Part shown: piece by piece, positions 18,837 to 28,779 of the stretch | Position numbering within the stretch: position 1 is the first letter of the stretch | How the letters are laid out: the number at the start of each line of letters is the position of its first letter | Program-made: the position numbers and the translations under genes | Assembly: GCA_018816735.1 (NCBI GenBank) | Contig: JAHIVH010000085.1 | Location: 18,066-82,065 of the forward strand | From: Pseudomonadota bacterium | GTDB lineage: Bacteria; Desulfobacterota; Desulfobacteria; Desulfobacterales; JAHIVH01 | Direction of reading: 5' to 3' | Length of the DNA: 64,000 nucleotides | The notes under the pieces: generated by a model | Told to the model about the DNA's origin: nothing | The model's database searches: none | The model's input: the letters and a program-made list of their open reading frames with translations, nothing else

Positions 18837-20281
18837 TCTTCTTTATTGGTTTTGGGCAATGTCCGGGCGTACACATTTTGGAAGAATGTTTTCATGGCAA
18901 GCTTGGCGTAATTGCAGGCCCTGGGTCCCAGATATTTTTCATGGGCCACGATAACGGCAATGGCAATTTTCTTTGAACCATTTTTTTCTTCGGCAAATCC
19001 CGCAAACCAGTCATACTTCAGGTCATTTTGCCTGTTGCTTATGGAGCCTGTCTTGCCGCCAATAAAAAGCTTTGAAAGGACAGGATCTCTTTTGCAGCCT
19101 CTAAAGGCTTTTTTTGCTGTTCCGGATTTAATGGTCGCTTCCATCATGTATTTCAACGCTTCAGATGTTTCTTCCGATAATGTCTTGTTGATCAGTTTTA
19201 CATCGTTTTTGTATAATACCTCTCCCTGTTCATTTGTTATTCTATCGATGATGGTGGGTTCTAAAAGCTTTCCGTGATTCAAAATAGTCGCACTTAAAAG
19301 GGCGCTGTGCAGGGGTGAGATCTGTGTCCGTCTGTTGAAGCCGCTTGCCAGTTCAGCCCGCTCATAGGGATTGTCGGATGCTTCAAATGAACTTTGGGGA
19401 AGGGGCAGTTCAAAGTTGATATCATGGTTGAAGTAAAATGCCTCAGCATATTCCAAAAGCAGATCTTTTTTAAGTGTATTCGCCCCTATTTTACCAAAAA
19501 TGGGGTTAATGGATTCAGCAAAAGACTGCTTGAGGGTGACCCTGTTTGTGTATCTGTTTTTCCGGTCATCGAGTTGAGACCGGTATAATGTATATTTACC
19601 GCCGTTATATTCCAGCGTTGATCCCGGATTGAGGGCGCCTGATTCAATCGCCGCTGATGCGGTAACAATTTTAAAGAGACTGGCTGCAGGGAATTCACTT
19701 GACAGGCAACGATTGCTCTGGGAGTCTTCTTTATCAAAGCTTGTCATCGCAAGCACTCTTCCTGTTTCAGGATCGATGGCCACAATTCCGATATACCTTG
19801 GTTTGCCAAGCTTCATACGCTTTACTTCTTCAATGCGGTCAAGGAGGTAATGCTGAAGTGGCATATCGAGGCTGGTTTCCACATGGAGAATTTTATCTGC
19901 CACGGCAAACTTGAAATTTTTGTCCTGAAGATTAATAAATGTGTTCTGATTGAATATCGTTTTGATATCGTTTTTACTGAACAAGAATTGTTTTGGAGTC
20001 ACCTGAACCGGATCGACAGAAGTTACCGGGTGAGACTCGCCAGTCCGGCACGAAGATCCGCTGAAAGAAAAAAACAACGAAAATATAATCGCCATGGCCC
20101 ATGGAAAGAAAGGAGAATATTTTTCCAGCCACCGGGCCCTTTTGCGTGAGGTAACCGTTTTTTTAAGTGTTCGCTGGTATCGTCGCCAGTTTTGTCTTTC
20201 CATGGCTTTCTGCAATGTGTCACCCCTTATCATTTGAGTTGTATAATCGGATGGGAATCCATTATTTTTATAAAGCCGCAT
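18824..20281 (-). CDS. Penicillin-binding protein, transpeptidase domain (class B-like)
   Basis: N-terminal TM anchor, with SxxK (ASLFK), SxN (SIN) and KTG (GKTGS) motifs. The start codon shares one base with the metG stop (TAATG). Confidence 0.8.
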   Translation of the reverse strand: MRLYKNNGFPSDYTTQMIRGDTLQKAMERQNWRRYQRTLKKTVTSRKRARWLEKYSPFFPWAMAIIFSLFFSFSGSSCRTGESHPVTSVDPVQVTPKQFLFSKNDIKTIFNQNTFINLQDKNFKFAVADKILHVETSLDMPLQHYLLDRIEEVKRMKLGKPRYIGIVAIDPETGRVLAMTSFDKEDSQSNRCLSSEFPAASLFKIVTASAAIESGALNPGSTLEYNGGKYTLYRSQLDDRKNRYTNRVTLKQSFAESINPIFGKIGANTLKKDLLLEYAEAFYFNHDINFELPLPQSSFEASDNPYERAELASGFNRRTQISPLHSALLSATILNHGKLLEPTIIDRITNEQGEVLYKNDVKLINKTLSEETSEALKYMMEATIKSGTAKKAFRGCKRDPVLSKLFIGGKTGSISNRQNDLKYDWFAGFAEEKNGSKKIAIAVIVAHEKYLGPRACNYAKLAMKTFFQNVYARTLPKTNKEDYRS

Positions 20282-22209
20282 TATTTCAAGGGTGTACCTG
20301 GCTCTACCTTTTTATAAAATGACGCCAATGTCAAGCCTTTTTCAATGAAAGCCGCAAGAAGCATCCCTCTTGATTCGACCCCCATAAGTTTTGCAGGCTT
20401 CAGGTTGGCGACAACAACAACCTGTTTCCCCACCAGTTCTTCTGGTGAATAGCTTTCTGAAATACCGGCGACAACGGTTCTTTTTTCACCAATATCGACT
20501 TCCACCTTGAGAAGTTTTTTTGAATTTTTGACTTTTTCTGCAGAAAGAACCGTTCCTACCCGTAGATCGATCTTTGCAAAATCTTCTATTGAAATTTCAG
20601 GTTTAATGTCAGATGAAGTTTTCTTTTGGGTCTGCTCCTCTTTTGGCGCCGGTTTTTTTTCAATTCGCGGAAAGAGAATAATTGCCGGCATGACTTTGTT
20701 GCCTGGTTTCAGCACATGCCATTTTCTAAGCAGATCGAGATCATAGAAAAGATCATCCGGATTCAGGCCCAGGCCCTCCTGCATTTTTCGGGCTGTTTCG
20801 GGCATGACAGGGTATATCAGGCCGGACACAACACGCAGTCCTTCCAGAAGATTGTATATGACGGTTTCAAGTTTTTTGCTTAATGAAGGGTCTTTGGCAA
20901 GTGCCCAGGGCGCGGTCTGGTCGATGAACTTGTTCATGTGGTTGATAAATTCCCAGACGGAAATCAGCCCTTTATGGAAGGCGAAGATGGCCATATTTTT
21001 TTCAAATTCATCTACACTTGAAGTTGCTTTCTCAGCCAGAGAAAGATCGTTTTCTTTTTCAGTTTCCTGGTCCGGCTGCGGTATGACACCTTCGAAGTAT
21101 TTGTTGGCAAGCGTTACAACCCTGCTGAAAAGGTTGCCCAGGTCGTTTGCCAGATCTGAGTTGATCCGCTGTATAACGGCGTCTTCCGAGAAATTGGAAT
21201 CAAGGCCGAATACCATGTCCCGCATGAGAAAAAATCTGAAAGCATCCGCACCATAGGTGTCTTTTAAAAGAATAGGATCGGCGACATTACCGATGCTTTT
21301 TGACATTTTGCTTTTGCCCATGTTCCAGAATCCATGGACATTCAAATTTTTATAAGGGTTGATTCCCGCGGATTTGAGCATGATCGGCCAATAGATGCCA
21401 TGCGGTTTCAGTATATCTTTTGCGACAATATGCTGAACACGGGGCCAGTAGGTTTTGAACAGCTCTCCTTCCGGGTAATCGAGTGCTGAAATATAGTTGA
21501 TCAGTGCGTCGAACCAGACATATGTCACATAATTTTCATCAAACGGCAGTGTAATTCCCCATTCAAGCCGTGACTTTGGCCTTGAAATGCAAAGATCTTC
21601 AAGCGGTTCTTTCAGAAAAGAGAGCACTTCATTCCGATACCCTTCAGGCCTTATAAAGTCAGGGTTATCTTGAATATATTCGATCAACCAGTTCTGGTAT
21701 TTACTCATTTTAAAAAAGTAGTTGGATTCCCTGATCAGCTCCGGGGCCTTGTCATGATCCGGGCATTTCCCGTCGACGAGTTCTCTTTCCTGATAGAATC
21801 TCTCACACCCGACACAGTATAGGCCTTCATATTCCGCAAAGTAAATATCTCCGGAATCGTATATTTTCTGAAGGATGCTTGTTACAATATTGATATGACC
21901 GGGATCGGTTGTCCGGATGAATTGGCTGTATTTGATATTGAGTTGGGGCCACAGATCGCGGAACAGGTTGCTTATTCTATCCACATATGCTTTCGGCGCC
22001 ACATTCTCTTTTTGAGCCGCTTCCACGATTTTATCGCCATGTTCATCCGTGCCTGTCAGAAAAAAAGAGTCTTCCCCTTTCATTTCATGAAACCTGAATG
22101 CCACATCAGCAGCAATGGTTGTATAGGCATGACCGATATGGGGTTTTGCATTAACATAATAAATGGGTGTTGTTATGTAGAAAGGTTCTTTTCCCTTTGT
22201 CTGTTTCAT
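20281..22209 (-). CDS. metG: Methionine--tRNA ligase
   Basis: 642 aa. HIGH (HIGHAYT), KMSKS, a Zn knuckle (CVGC...CPDH) and a C-terminal tRNA-binding domain (DLRVGTVLSAEKV). Confidence 0.95.
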   Translation of the reverse strand: MKQTKGKEPFYITTPIYYVNAKPHIGHAYTTIAADVAFRFHEMKGEDSFFLTGTDEHGDKIVEAAQKENVAPKAYVDRISNLFRDLWPQLNIKYSQFIRTTDPGHINIVTSILQKIYDSGDIYFAEYEGLYCVGCERFYQERELVDGKCPDHDKAPELIRESNYFFKMSKYQNWLIEYIQDNPDFIRPEGYRNEVLSFLKEPLEDLCISRPKSRLEWGITLPFDENYVTYVWFDALINYISALDYPEGELFKTYWPRVQHIVAKDILKPHGIYWPIMLKSAGINPYKNLNVHGFWNMGKSKMSKSIGNVADPILLKDTYGADAFRFFLMRDMVFGLDSNFSEDAVIQRINSDLANDLGNLFSRVVTLANKYFEGVIPQPDQETEKENDLSLAEKATSSVDEFEKNMAIFAFHKGLISVWEFINHMNKFIDQTAPWALAKDPSLSKKLETVIYNLLEGLRVVSGLIYPVMPETARKMQEGLGLNPDDLFYDLDLLRKWHVLKPGNKVMPAIILFPRIEKKPAPKEEQTQKKTSSDIKPEISIEDFAKIDLRVGTVLSAEKVKNSKKLLKVEVDIGEKRTVVAGISESYSPEELVGKQVVVVANLKPAKLMGVESRGMLLAAFIEKGLTLASFYKKVEPGTPLK

Positions 22210-22232
22210 CTTTAGTGTGTCCTGATCCTATT

Positions 22233-23021
22233 TTAGGGTGTATCTATTGTAATTTCTTTTTCAGTGCCGTCTTCAAATTTGACAGTGTACTGCCTGTTAA
22301 GGATAGCCTGTCGGATGACCTTTGCAGGCTTTTGATCCACTTCTATGATTTTGCCGATTTTTGGAAAATTTTTCTTATACGCCATATAGGTTTCATTCTC
22401 ATAGGTAAGACAGCACATCAGACGGCCGCATAGACCGGAAATTTTTGTCGGGTTCAAGGATAGCCCTTGTTCTTTCGCCATTCTTATGGATACGGGGTCA
22501 AAATTATTTAGAAATGTCGAGCAACATAATTCCCTGCCGCATCTGCCGAGTCCGCCACACATTTTTGCCTGATTCCGTATACCCACCTGCCGCATTTCAA
22601 TTCGTACGCGGAATTCCTTGACCAGCATCTTGACAAGTTCCCTGAAATCCACGCGGCCTTCGGCGGTGAAGAAAAAAGTCAGTTTGTTCGCGTCAAATGT
22701 GCTTTCAACCGAGAAAAGATTCATGACAAGATTCAGCTTGGCAATACATTCCTGACAGTGTTCAAAAGCGTTTTTTTCGAGAAGTTCATTCTTGTCTCTT
22801 TGTGTAAAATCTTCTTCTGTTGCCAGTCGGAAGACTTTCTTAAGCGGGTTTTTGGCTTGAACCTGATCATCCGGAACCGGCGGGGTTGCCACCGTTCCAA
22901 ATCCAAGTCCCTGTTCTGTCTGTACGATCACGTTCTGGCCAGTCTCCAGCACAAAGGCTTCACTGCTGAAATAATATATTTTCCCTGCGGGTTTGAATCT
23001 GATTCCTACAACTTTTTGCAT
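22233..23021 (-). CDS. PSP1-domain protein (YaaT/RicT-like)
   Basis: 262 aa. Cys-rich segment CGGLGRCGRELCCSTFL...GLCGRLMCCL is typical of the PSP1 C-terminal domain. The holB-yaaT order is conserved. Confidence 0.8.
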   Translation of the reverse strand: MQKVVGIRFKPAGKIYYFSSEAFVLETGQNVIVQTEQGLGFGTVATPPVPDDQVQAKNPLKKVFRLATEEDFTQRDKNELLEKNAFEHCQECIAKLNLVMNLFSVESTFDANKLTFFFTAEGRVDFRELVKMLVKEFRVRIEMRQVGIRNQAKMCGGLGRCGRELCCSTFLNNFDPVSIRMAKEQGLSLNPTKISGLCGRLMCCLTYENETYMAYKKNFPKIGKIIEVDQKPAKVIRQAILNRQYTVKFEDGTEKEITIDTP

Positions 23022-23024
23022 AGT

Positions 23025-24008
23025 TTACACTCTTGACATCCTTATCATCAATACCTCAAGGGTTAACCTGAGGTTCGCATTGGACTGAATTGCCCGTTCT
23101 GCCATGTAAATCGCTTCAATTCTTTGAAGCATTGAATCAATCGTAAGGGTTTTCGACATGCAGGCTATTTTTTCTGACAAATCCCTGAAAATGATTTTTT
23201 CAGGTGCATATTTAAAAATTATAATATCTCTGAAGCAGGTTTTCATTATGGCAAGGAACGTGCTGACCTGGTCTTTTTTTTTGAAAAGCCTGTTGGCAAA
23301 AGAAAGAAGTTGCCCTGTGGATTGTCCGTTTAATATATCCAGGCCGCTGATGATAATGTCTCTGAGACTAAGCCAGTTCGTATGGTTTCCGGATTCGAGA
23401 TCGGCCATTCTTTCTGCTTCAGGAAGGTTGCCATCTGCCATTTGAGCGATGATGAGGGCTTTCTCCTCGGGTACACCCAGTTTGTCCACCAGATGGGATA
23501 TGATGGTTTTCTTTGACACCGGATTGAATTTGATTTGCTGGCATCTTGAAGCAATCGTAGGAAGGACATGGCCATTTTGTGTTGTGATCAAAATGAAAAA
23601 TGTTTTGTCAGGTGGTTCTTCTAATACCTTTAACAGGGCGTTTCCTGCCTCTGTGTTTATCGCATCTGCATCGTGAATAATAATCACTCGTTTTAAAGCT
23701 TCATAGGGTTTTCTTGAGAGGACATGAATCAGTTCACGAATCTGGGCAATTTTGATGACTTTGCCGGAAGGTTTGATCTCAATAATATCCGGATGAATGG
23801 CAGATTTTATTTTTTTACAGGACCTGCAAACGCCACAGGGCTCTTTGTTTGACTCACAATTAGCTGCCATGGCAAAGGTCAGGGCAGCTTTTTTCTTGCC
23901 TACCCCCTCGATACCTGAAAAAAGCAATGCGTGTGGTGCATTTCCCTTTCTTACAAGGGTTGACAGAATCTGCGCAGGCAGCTTTTGATCAATTAAATCG
24001 TCAAACAT
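23025..24008 (-). CDS. holB: DNA polymerase III subunit delta'
   Basis: HALLFSGIEGVGKKKAA, Zn module CESNKEPCGVCRSCKKI and LKVLEEPP. I prefer the ATG at 24008 (MFDDLIDQKLP) over the alternative-start extension to 24059. Confidence 0.85.
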   Translation of the reverse strand: MFDDLIDQKLPAQILSTLVRKGNAPHALLFSGIEGVGKKKAALTFAMAANCESNKEPCGVCRSCKKIKSAIHPDIIEIKPSGKVIKIAQIRELIHVLSRKPYEALKRVIIIHDADAINTEAGNALLKVLEEPPDKTFFILITTQNGHVLPTIASRCQQIKFNPVSKKTIISHLVDKLGVPEEKALIIAQMADGNLPEAERMADLESGNHTNWLSLRDIIISGLDILNGQSTGQLLSFANRLFKKKDQVSTFLAIMKTCFRDIIIFKYAPEKIIFRDLSEKIACMSKTLTIDSMLQRIEAIYMAERAIQSNANLRLTLEVLMIRMSRV

Positions 24009-24204
24009 AATATTAATTGCATCTTTTATATCCGCCACTCGTGAGTGGCCATGTAACACAACAACAGCTTATGCGCTTTTTTACCATTTATCAAGCCAAG
24101 ATCAAATGCCAATTCTCTAAACATGCTATTCCGGATATAAATTTCATTTTGTATTTCTTGAACAGAAACTTACGTATTTGAAATTGGCTCAGGCAGGTAA
24201 AAAT

Positions 24205-24245
24205 GTCAATTCAGCCCGGGTACCTTGTGTTCATGGTACTTCCTG
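24205..24245. repeat. Possible third, degenerate copy of the gcccggg / ccttgtgg intergenic motif
   Basis: gtcaattcaGCCCGGGtaCCTTGTGttcatggtac resembles gtcaatGCCCGGGaaaCCACAAGG at 45199-45221, with the octamer inverted. Weak. Confidence 0.25.
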
Positions 24246-24370
24246 AAAAGGCGATGGACTTGTTTTACCTTTTAAATAACTACCTGCACCAATAGTCGTG
24301 ACATGCAATAGTACAAAAGAAGGCCAGGTAATATGTATAGTGAGCATTGACCGGAAATTTGGATGACAGG

Positions 24371-24646
24371 TTAGTAATCAACCCTTTCCTTAAGCTCTTT
24401 TCCACATTTGAAAAAAGGAAGTTTTTTTGGCTCTATTGTTACTTTTTCGCCGGTTTTCGGGTTTCTTCCTGTGTAGCTTTTATAGTTTTTAACAAAAAAA
24501 CTGCAAAGCCCACGAATTTCAACGCGTTCGCCCCGGCCCAATGCATCTGTCATTGAATCAAAGAATATTTGAACGATTTCAGATGCTTCCGATTTGGAAA
24601 TATCGGCTCTGTTTTTAAGTGTGGAGATGAGCTCCAGCTTATTCAT
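24371..24646 (-). CDS. ihfB: Integration host factor beta-like / HU-family DNA-binding protein
   Basis: 91 aa. GERVEIRGLCSFFVKNYKSYTGRNPKTGEKVTIEPKKLPFFKCGKELKERV parallels E. coli IhfB (GERIEIRGFGSF...GRNPKTGDKV...PHFKPGKELRDR). Confidence 0.75.
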   Translation of the reverse strand: MNKLELISTLKNRADISKSEASEIVQIFFDSMTDALGRGERVEIRGLCSFFVKNYKSYTGRNPKTGEKVTIEPKKLPFFKCGKELKERVDY

Positions 24647-24735
24647 ATGTCCTCCTTGCTTAACTGTCGAAACAAAAATTTGATCTAAAAATAAACGTAA
24701 ATGAATAAGAAGTCAAGCACTTATGATAAAAATTG

Positions 24736-25248
24736 CTATAGGCGCTCAACATCCTCCTCATCGATATTCACAGATGCATGCTGACCAAGTGCATCAATAT
24801 TGACAATTATTCTGCCATTGCCTCTGTATTTGACAAAGCGTCCCTTTACACCTGCCAAAGGACCGTAAATGACAATAACCTCATCACCATTCTGTAGCCG
24901 GGCCCCGGTGTTTATGGGCTCATTGGATGTCACCATGATTTGTAATGATTCAATGGTATAGTCGCTGACAGGTACGGGCCCTTCCGTGTTGCCTATCAGT
25001 TTAACGGCACCGACCGTTTTTACTATTTCAATATGTTCATTGGGTTTGAGAGATGATTTTACAAAAATATAACCTGGAAAAAGAGGTACGGAAAGCATCA
25101 CTTTGCGGTCTTTTCTTCTGCTTTTGACCGTCACTTTGGGCAAAAAAACCTCAAAGGATTTTTTCGAGAGACCATCATTTACAACGTTTTCGAACCGGCT
25201 TCGTGTATGGAGAACATACCATGATGGTTTATAGATGCTTGATACCAT
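24736..25248 (-). CDS. NusG-like transcription antiterminator paralogue (RfaH/UpxY-like)
   Basis: NGN start WYVLHTRSRFENVV and KOW motif GDEVIVIYGPLAGVKGRFVKY. About 170 aa. Not next to secE or rplK, so it is a paralogue rather than housekeeping nusG. Confidence 0.75.
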   Translation of the reverse strand: MVSSIYKPSWYVLHTRSRFENVVNDGLSKKSFEVFLPKVTVKSRRKDRKVMLSVPLFPGYIFVKSSLKPNEHIEIVKTVGAVKLIGNTEGPVPVSDYTIESLQIMVTSNEPINTGARLQNGDEVIVIYGPLAGVKGRFVKYRGNGRIIVNIDALGQHASVNIDEEDVERL

Positions 25249-25478
25249 TGATGCCGCCAAACCCCTTTAAATATTGATGCATCGTTCGTTTGAATTTATT
25301 CTCATTTAAAAATGTAATGGTTTGCCACGTTTTAAAAATACGGGCTAATATAATGTATCAAAAGGGGGTTAGCAACAGCTTATTTCATCGATCCCTAAAA
25401 AAATAAGATTCTGTTTTTATAATAAAGTCCCTGTTTTGTATATTTTCGTCTTTCTTCAAGTCGCAGGATGCGATTGGA

Positions 25479-27881
25479 TCAGGGGCTTGCAAAATTGGTT
25501 TCAAGTTCGCCAAGCCCTTTGAGATTAACCATTACACCCAATTTCTGGTCTTCATCTTCATCAATATAACTGATATCGATTTCCCAGCATTGTTTGCTGA
25601 ACACAAACCCCAGGCGTCTTTTTATGTAATTCCCTTCAGCAATATTCCGTTCATACTCGGAATACACGGATAATTTTTCCGTCAGAATCAGGCTAATTGA
25701 AGCGGCTATGGATTCACCGGAATTCAGCGGGGTAACGTCATCCTCTTTTTGCCTGTATTCAAGGGTAAAAAAATCACCCCGCCGGGTTGAAAATGTTGAC
25801 CCGATATTTTTTGAGATCAGCTTGTTCTTCGTGTAAGACCATCTCGTATCTCCGGAAAATGATACGATGTCATAAGGCATCCATTTTAGCTCAAGGTATA
25901 AGGGAGAAAATTCATCACTTTTATCGATCCAGTCCTGGGGTGTATTGTCATTTAAATTATAAGACTGCTCAATCATGAATCTTAAGAACTGGCGGTAGGC
26001 AAATTCAGGTTCGCTGCCGCTCATCTCTTCCTCAGATTGTGTTTTAACATATGATTTTGACGTAAACAGGTGGATAAATGAAACAGTTATGATATTCATT
26101 TTTTCAACCTGTTTTTCAAAGAGCGGGTATTTTTCAAAATGATTATCCGGAATATATTCCCAGATTATTTCAGGTTTAACCGTATGCCTGATTTTCGAGA
26201 TATCAAAAATTTCGAAGGGATAGATGCGGTAAATCTCTGAAGAAAGCGAAAGCTTGATATCATAATAATCCCTGTCCAGATGATGGGGAACATCATACGG
26301 ATAATCCATGTTCTCAGGCATGTCATCGATGTACCAGAGCGTTTTCCTGTAACCGGCCGAGGGTTCAAACAAAAAATAATGGCGATACCTTAAAGGAAGA
26401 TAGAACCTGGGATACATATCGAGCTGATGGCCTTTCAGTCGCAAATCGTTCATTTGTTTGATTTGTTTGCCGATATCATCCGACGTGTCTGTATCCTTCC
26501 TGAAATAATAGGTATATTCCGAAGACAGATCATAATAAAACGGGGTGTTGTCGATCTTCTGTTTCAGACCGGAAAACATGACATAAGGTAATTTCTGGAG
26601 GGTATAGTTATCCTGATCAACCGGTAATCCTGCGTTCATCGTATGGGAGCGTCTGATCAGGACGTCATCATACCACAAAACGCCGGCGTTCAGGCTGTAT
26701 GTTTGCCAGTTTTTATTCACGCCGATTTTGTTGATTCGAATCGAGTCATCATAACGGTCAAGGCTTCGACCAAAATTTTCCGTAAAATAAGCGTCTGTAT
26801 CTGAAAATCCGGTATAGCCATCCTTGAATTCCCGCAGGTAGTCCTGATCGCTGACCCAATCCAGATCAAATTTGAGAAAGGTGTTTTCGGGCATTTCCTG
26901 ATTTATCTTCGCCCTGAACCAGTATCTTTCCGTATTGGGCCGGGAGGCGACAAGATCATTTGCATCTGTGTATCCCCAGTCTTTATCCGTGCCATCCGGG
27001 TCTGTTTTCTGATCGTCCATGAAATCGTAAAGGAAGGAACCTTTGGAACGGGTGCTCAATGCATACCGGTATTCAATACCGGTCTGAAAGCCACGCTTTT
27101 CCATATAATGACCGTTAACCGTTATGTCCGAGCTGTCATTCAACGCCCAGAAAAATGGCTGCTCATATTGAAGCCCCTTTCTTTTTGAAAAATTGAACTG
27201 GGGACTTAAAAATCCGGACTGGCGTTTAAGTTTTACCGGAAATATAAAAAAGGGTGTGTAAAAAACAGGAATCTCCTTGAGCCATAAAATAGCATGTTTG
27301 ACCTTGCCATATCCGCCAATGGACACATCCAGATCTTTTCCGGATATTTTCCAGTCCGGTTTATCCCCATCACAGGCTGTTATGCATACGCTATCGCCTT
27401 CGTAGGTAGTCGGACCTGTTTTTTCAATTTTTTTTCCTGAAATGTAATAATGATTGGCCTCAATAAATATGGTGCCATCTGATATGGTCCCTGTTTTTGC
27501 GTTAAGGTCCATGGATACCTTGCTTCCCGTTAATTTGTTCCCTTTGGAGGAAATGACAACATTTCCTGTTGCTACGGTTTCCATGGTGTCACTGTTCAGT
27601 CTGATTTTATCGGATACAATCTGGTCATTCTCTTTTGTGATAATGACATTTCCTTCAGCTGAATATAGGTGGGTATTCTTGTTGTAATCGATTTTATCTG
27701 CATTAATATGCCAGGGCGTTTCAGGGGATTTGTCTTTTAATTCTGTTTCGGCACCTGATCGCAGAGGAAGAATGACAATTGCCAGCAGCAGGAAAAATAC
27801 ACCGGACAGCAAGGGCCTTTTGGCAGATTCTGCCGCGTGTTTCAGCTGATTAGCCGGTTTATGGATTAAATCTGTTGTCAT
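25479..27881 (-). CDS. lptD: LPS-assembly outer-membrane protein LptD
   Basis: About 800 aa. Signal/TM segment, an OstA-like N-domain (ADKIDYNKNTHLYSAEGNVIITKENDQIVSDKIRL) and a large Tyr/Asp-rich beta-barrel. I prefer the ATG at 27881; the track gives a TTG start at 27992. Confidence 0.85.
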   Translation of the reverse strand: MTTDLIHKPANQLKHAAESAKRPLLSGVFFLLLAIVILPLRSGAETELKDKSPETPWHINADKIDYNKNTHLYSAEGNVIITKENDQIVSDKIRLNSDTMETVATGNVVISSKGNKLTGSKVSMDLNAKTGTISDGTIFIEANHYYISGKKIEKTGPTTYEGDSVCITACDGDKPDWKISGKDLDVSIGGYGKVKHAILWLKEIPVFYTPFFIFPVKLKRQSGFLSPQFNFSKRKGLQYEQPFFWALNDSSDITVNGHYMEKRGFQTGIEYRYALSTRSKGSFLYDFMDDQKTDPDGTDKDWGYTDANDLVASRPNTERYWFRAKINQEMPENTFLKFDLDWVSDQDYLREFKDGYTGFSDTDAYFTENFGRSLDRYDDSIRINKIGVNKNWQTYSLNAGVLWYDDVLIRRSHTMNAGLPVDQDNYTLQKLPYVMFSGLKQKIDNTPFYYDLSSEYTYYFRKDTDTSDDIGKQIKQMNDLRLKGHQLDMYPRFYLPLRYRHYFLFEPSAGYRKTLWYIDDMPENMDYPYDVPHHLDRDYYDIKLSLSSEIYRIYPFEIFDISKIRHTVKPEIIWEYIPDNHFEKYPLFEKQVEKMNIITVSFIHLFTSKSYVKTQSEEEMSGSEPEFAYRQFLRFMIEQSYNLNDNTPQDWIDKSDEFSPLYLELKWMPYDIVSFSGDTRWSYTKNKLISKNIGSTFSTRRGDFFTLEYRQKEDDVTPLNSGESIAASISLILTEKLSVYSEYERNIAEGNYIKRRLGFVFSKQCWEIDISYIDEDEDQKLGVMVNLKGLGELETNFASP

Positions 27882-28088
27882 CTCATTTTTCTTTTGAAAA
27901 GGTGATTTCCCAGAGTCATTTACAAATGGTGATAATAGCTTGAAGACCTGAAAAATTTCCAGTATAAAAGCTAAACCGTCCAAAAAAGTCAAGATGTTGT
28001 TGCGAGACCTCTTTTTGACAGGGCGGGTTAAAAATCTAAAAGGCTATCATTAGGCGTGCGATGATGTGTAAACGATAAAAGGGTTAAC

Positions 28089-28778
28089 ATGCTGATTACG
28101 TTAGAAGGAATTGAAGGTTCAGGAAAAACCACGCAGCTCGGCCACATGGTCGATTATTTTAAAACGAAGGGGAAAGACTGTGTGGTCACACGGGAACCGG
28201 GAGACACTGAAATCGGTAGAAAAATACGGGCAATATTGCTTGATCCGGAGAACAAAAACCTTGATCCCATGGCAGAGTTGTTTTTGTATGCCGCTGACAG
28301 GGCACAACATATCGAAGAGCGGATCAAACCTTCGATTTTATCCGGCAAGATAGTTATCAGTGACCGGTTTCACGATGCAACGACCGTCTATCAGGGATGC
28401 GCACGTGGACTTCACCCGGATATTATTAACCGTATTCATCGGATAGTATTAAAGGATTTGAAACCGGATGTGACGTTATTATTTGATCTTCCGCCTGAAA
28501 TCGGCTTGAAACGTGCCTGGCAGCAGGTGAATGCGGGGACACGAACAAACACAGAAACCCGGTTTGAAAAAGAGGCGTTATCGTTTCATGAAAAGGTAAG
28601 GCAGGGGTATCTTGACCTGGCCAGGCATGAGCCAGAAAGATTTTATGTGATCGATGCATCTCTCCCTGAAGAGAAGGTGACAGCGGCCATCATCAATATA
28701 TTAAACGGTATGACCTGGGTGAGACATAAATCTGGAGGCGCCAGAATTGAAATTAAAAAAAAAATAACGGATGACTAA
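28089..28778 (+). CDS. tmk: Thymidylate kinase
   Basis: MLITLEGIEGSGKTTQ P-loop, DRF/DR motif and a LID region. Confidence 0.95.
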   Translation: MLITLEGIEGSGKTTQLGHMVDYFKTKGKDCVVTREPGDTEIGRKIRAILLDPENKNLDPMAELFLYAADRAQHIEERIKPSILSGKIVISDRFHDATTVYQGCARGLHPDIINRIHRIVLKDLKPDVTLLFDLPPEIGLKRAWQQVNAGTRTNTETRFEKEALSFHEKVRQGYLDLARHEPERFYVIDASLPEEKVTAAIINILNGMTWVRHKSGGARIEIKKKITDD

Positions 28779-28779
28779 C

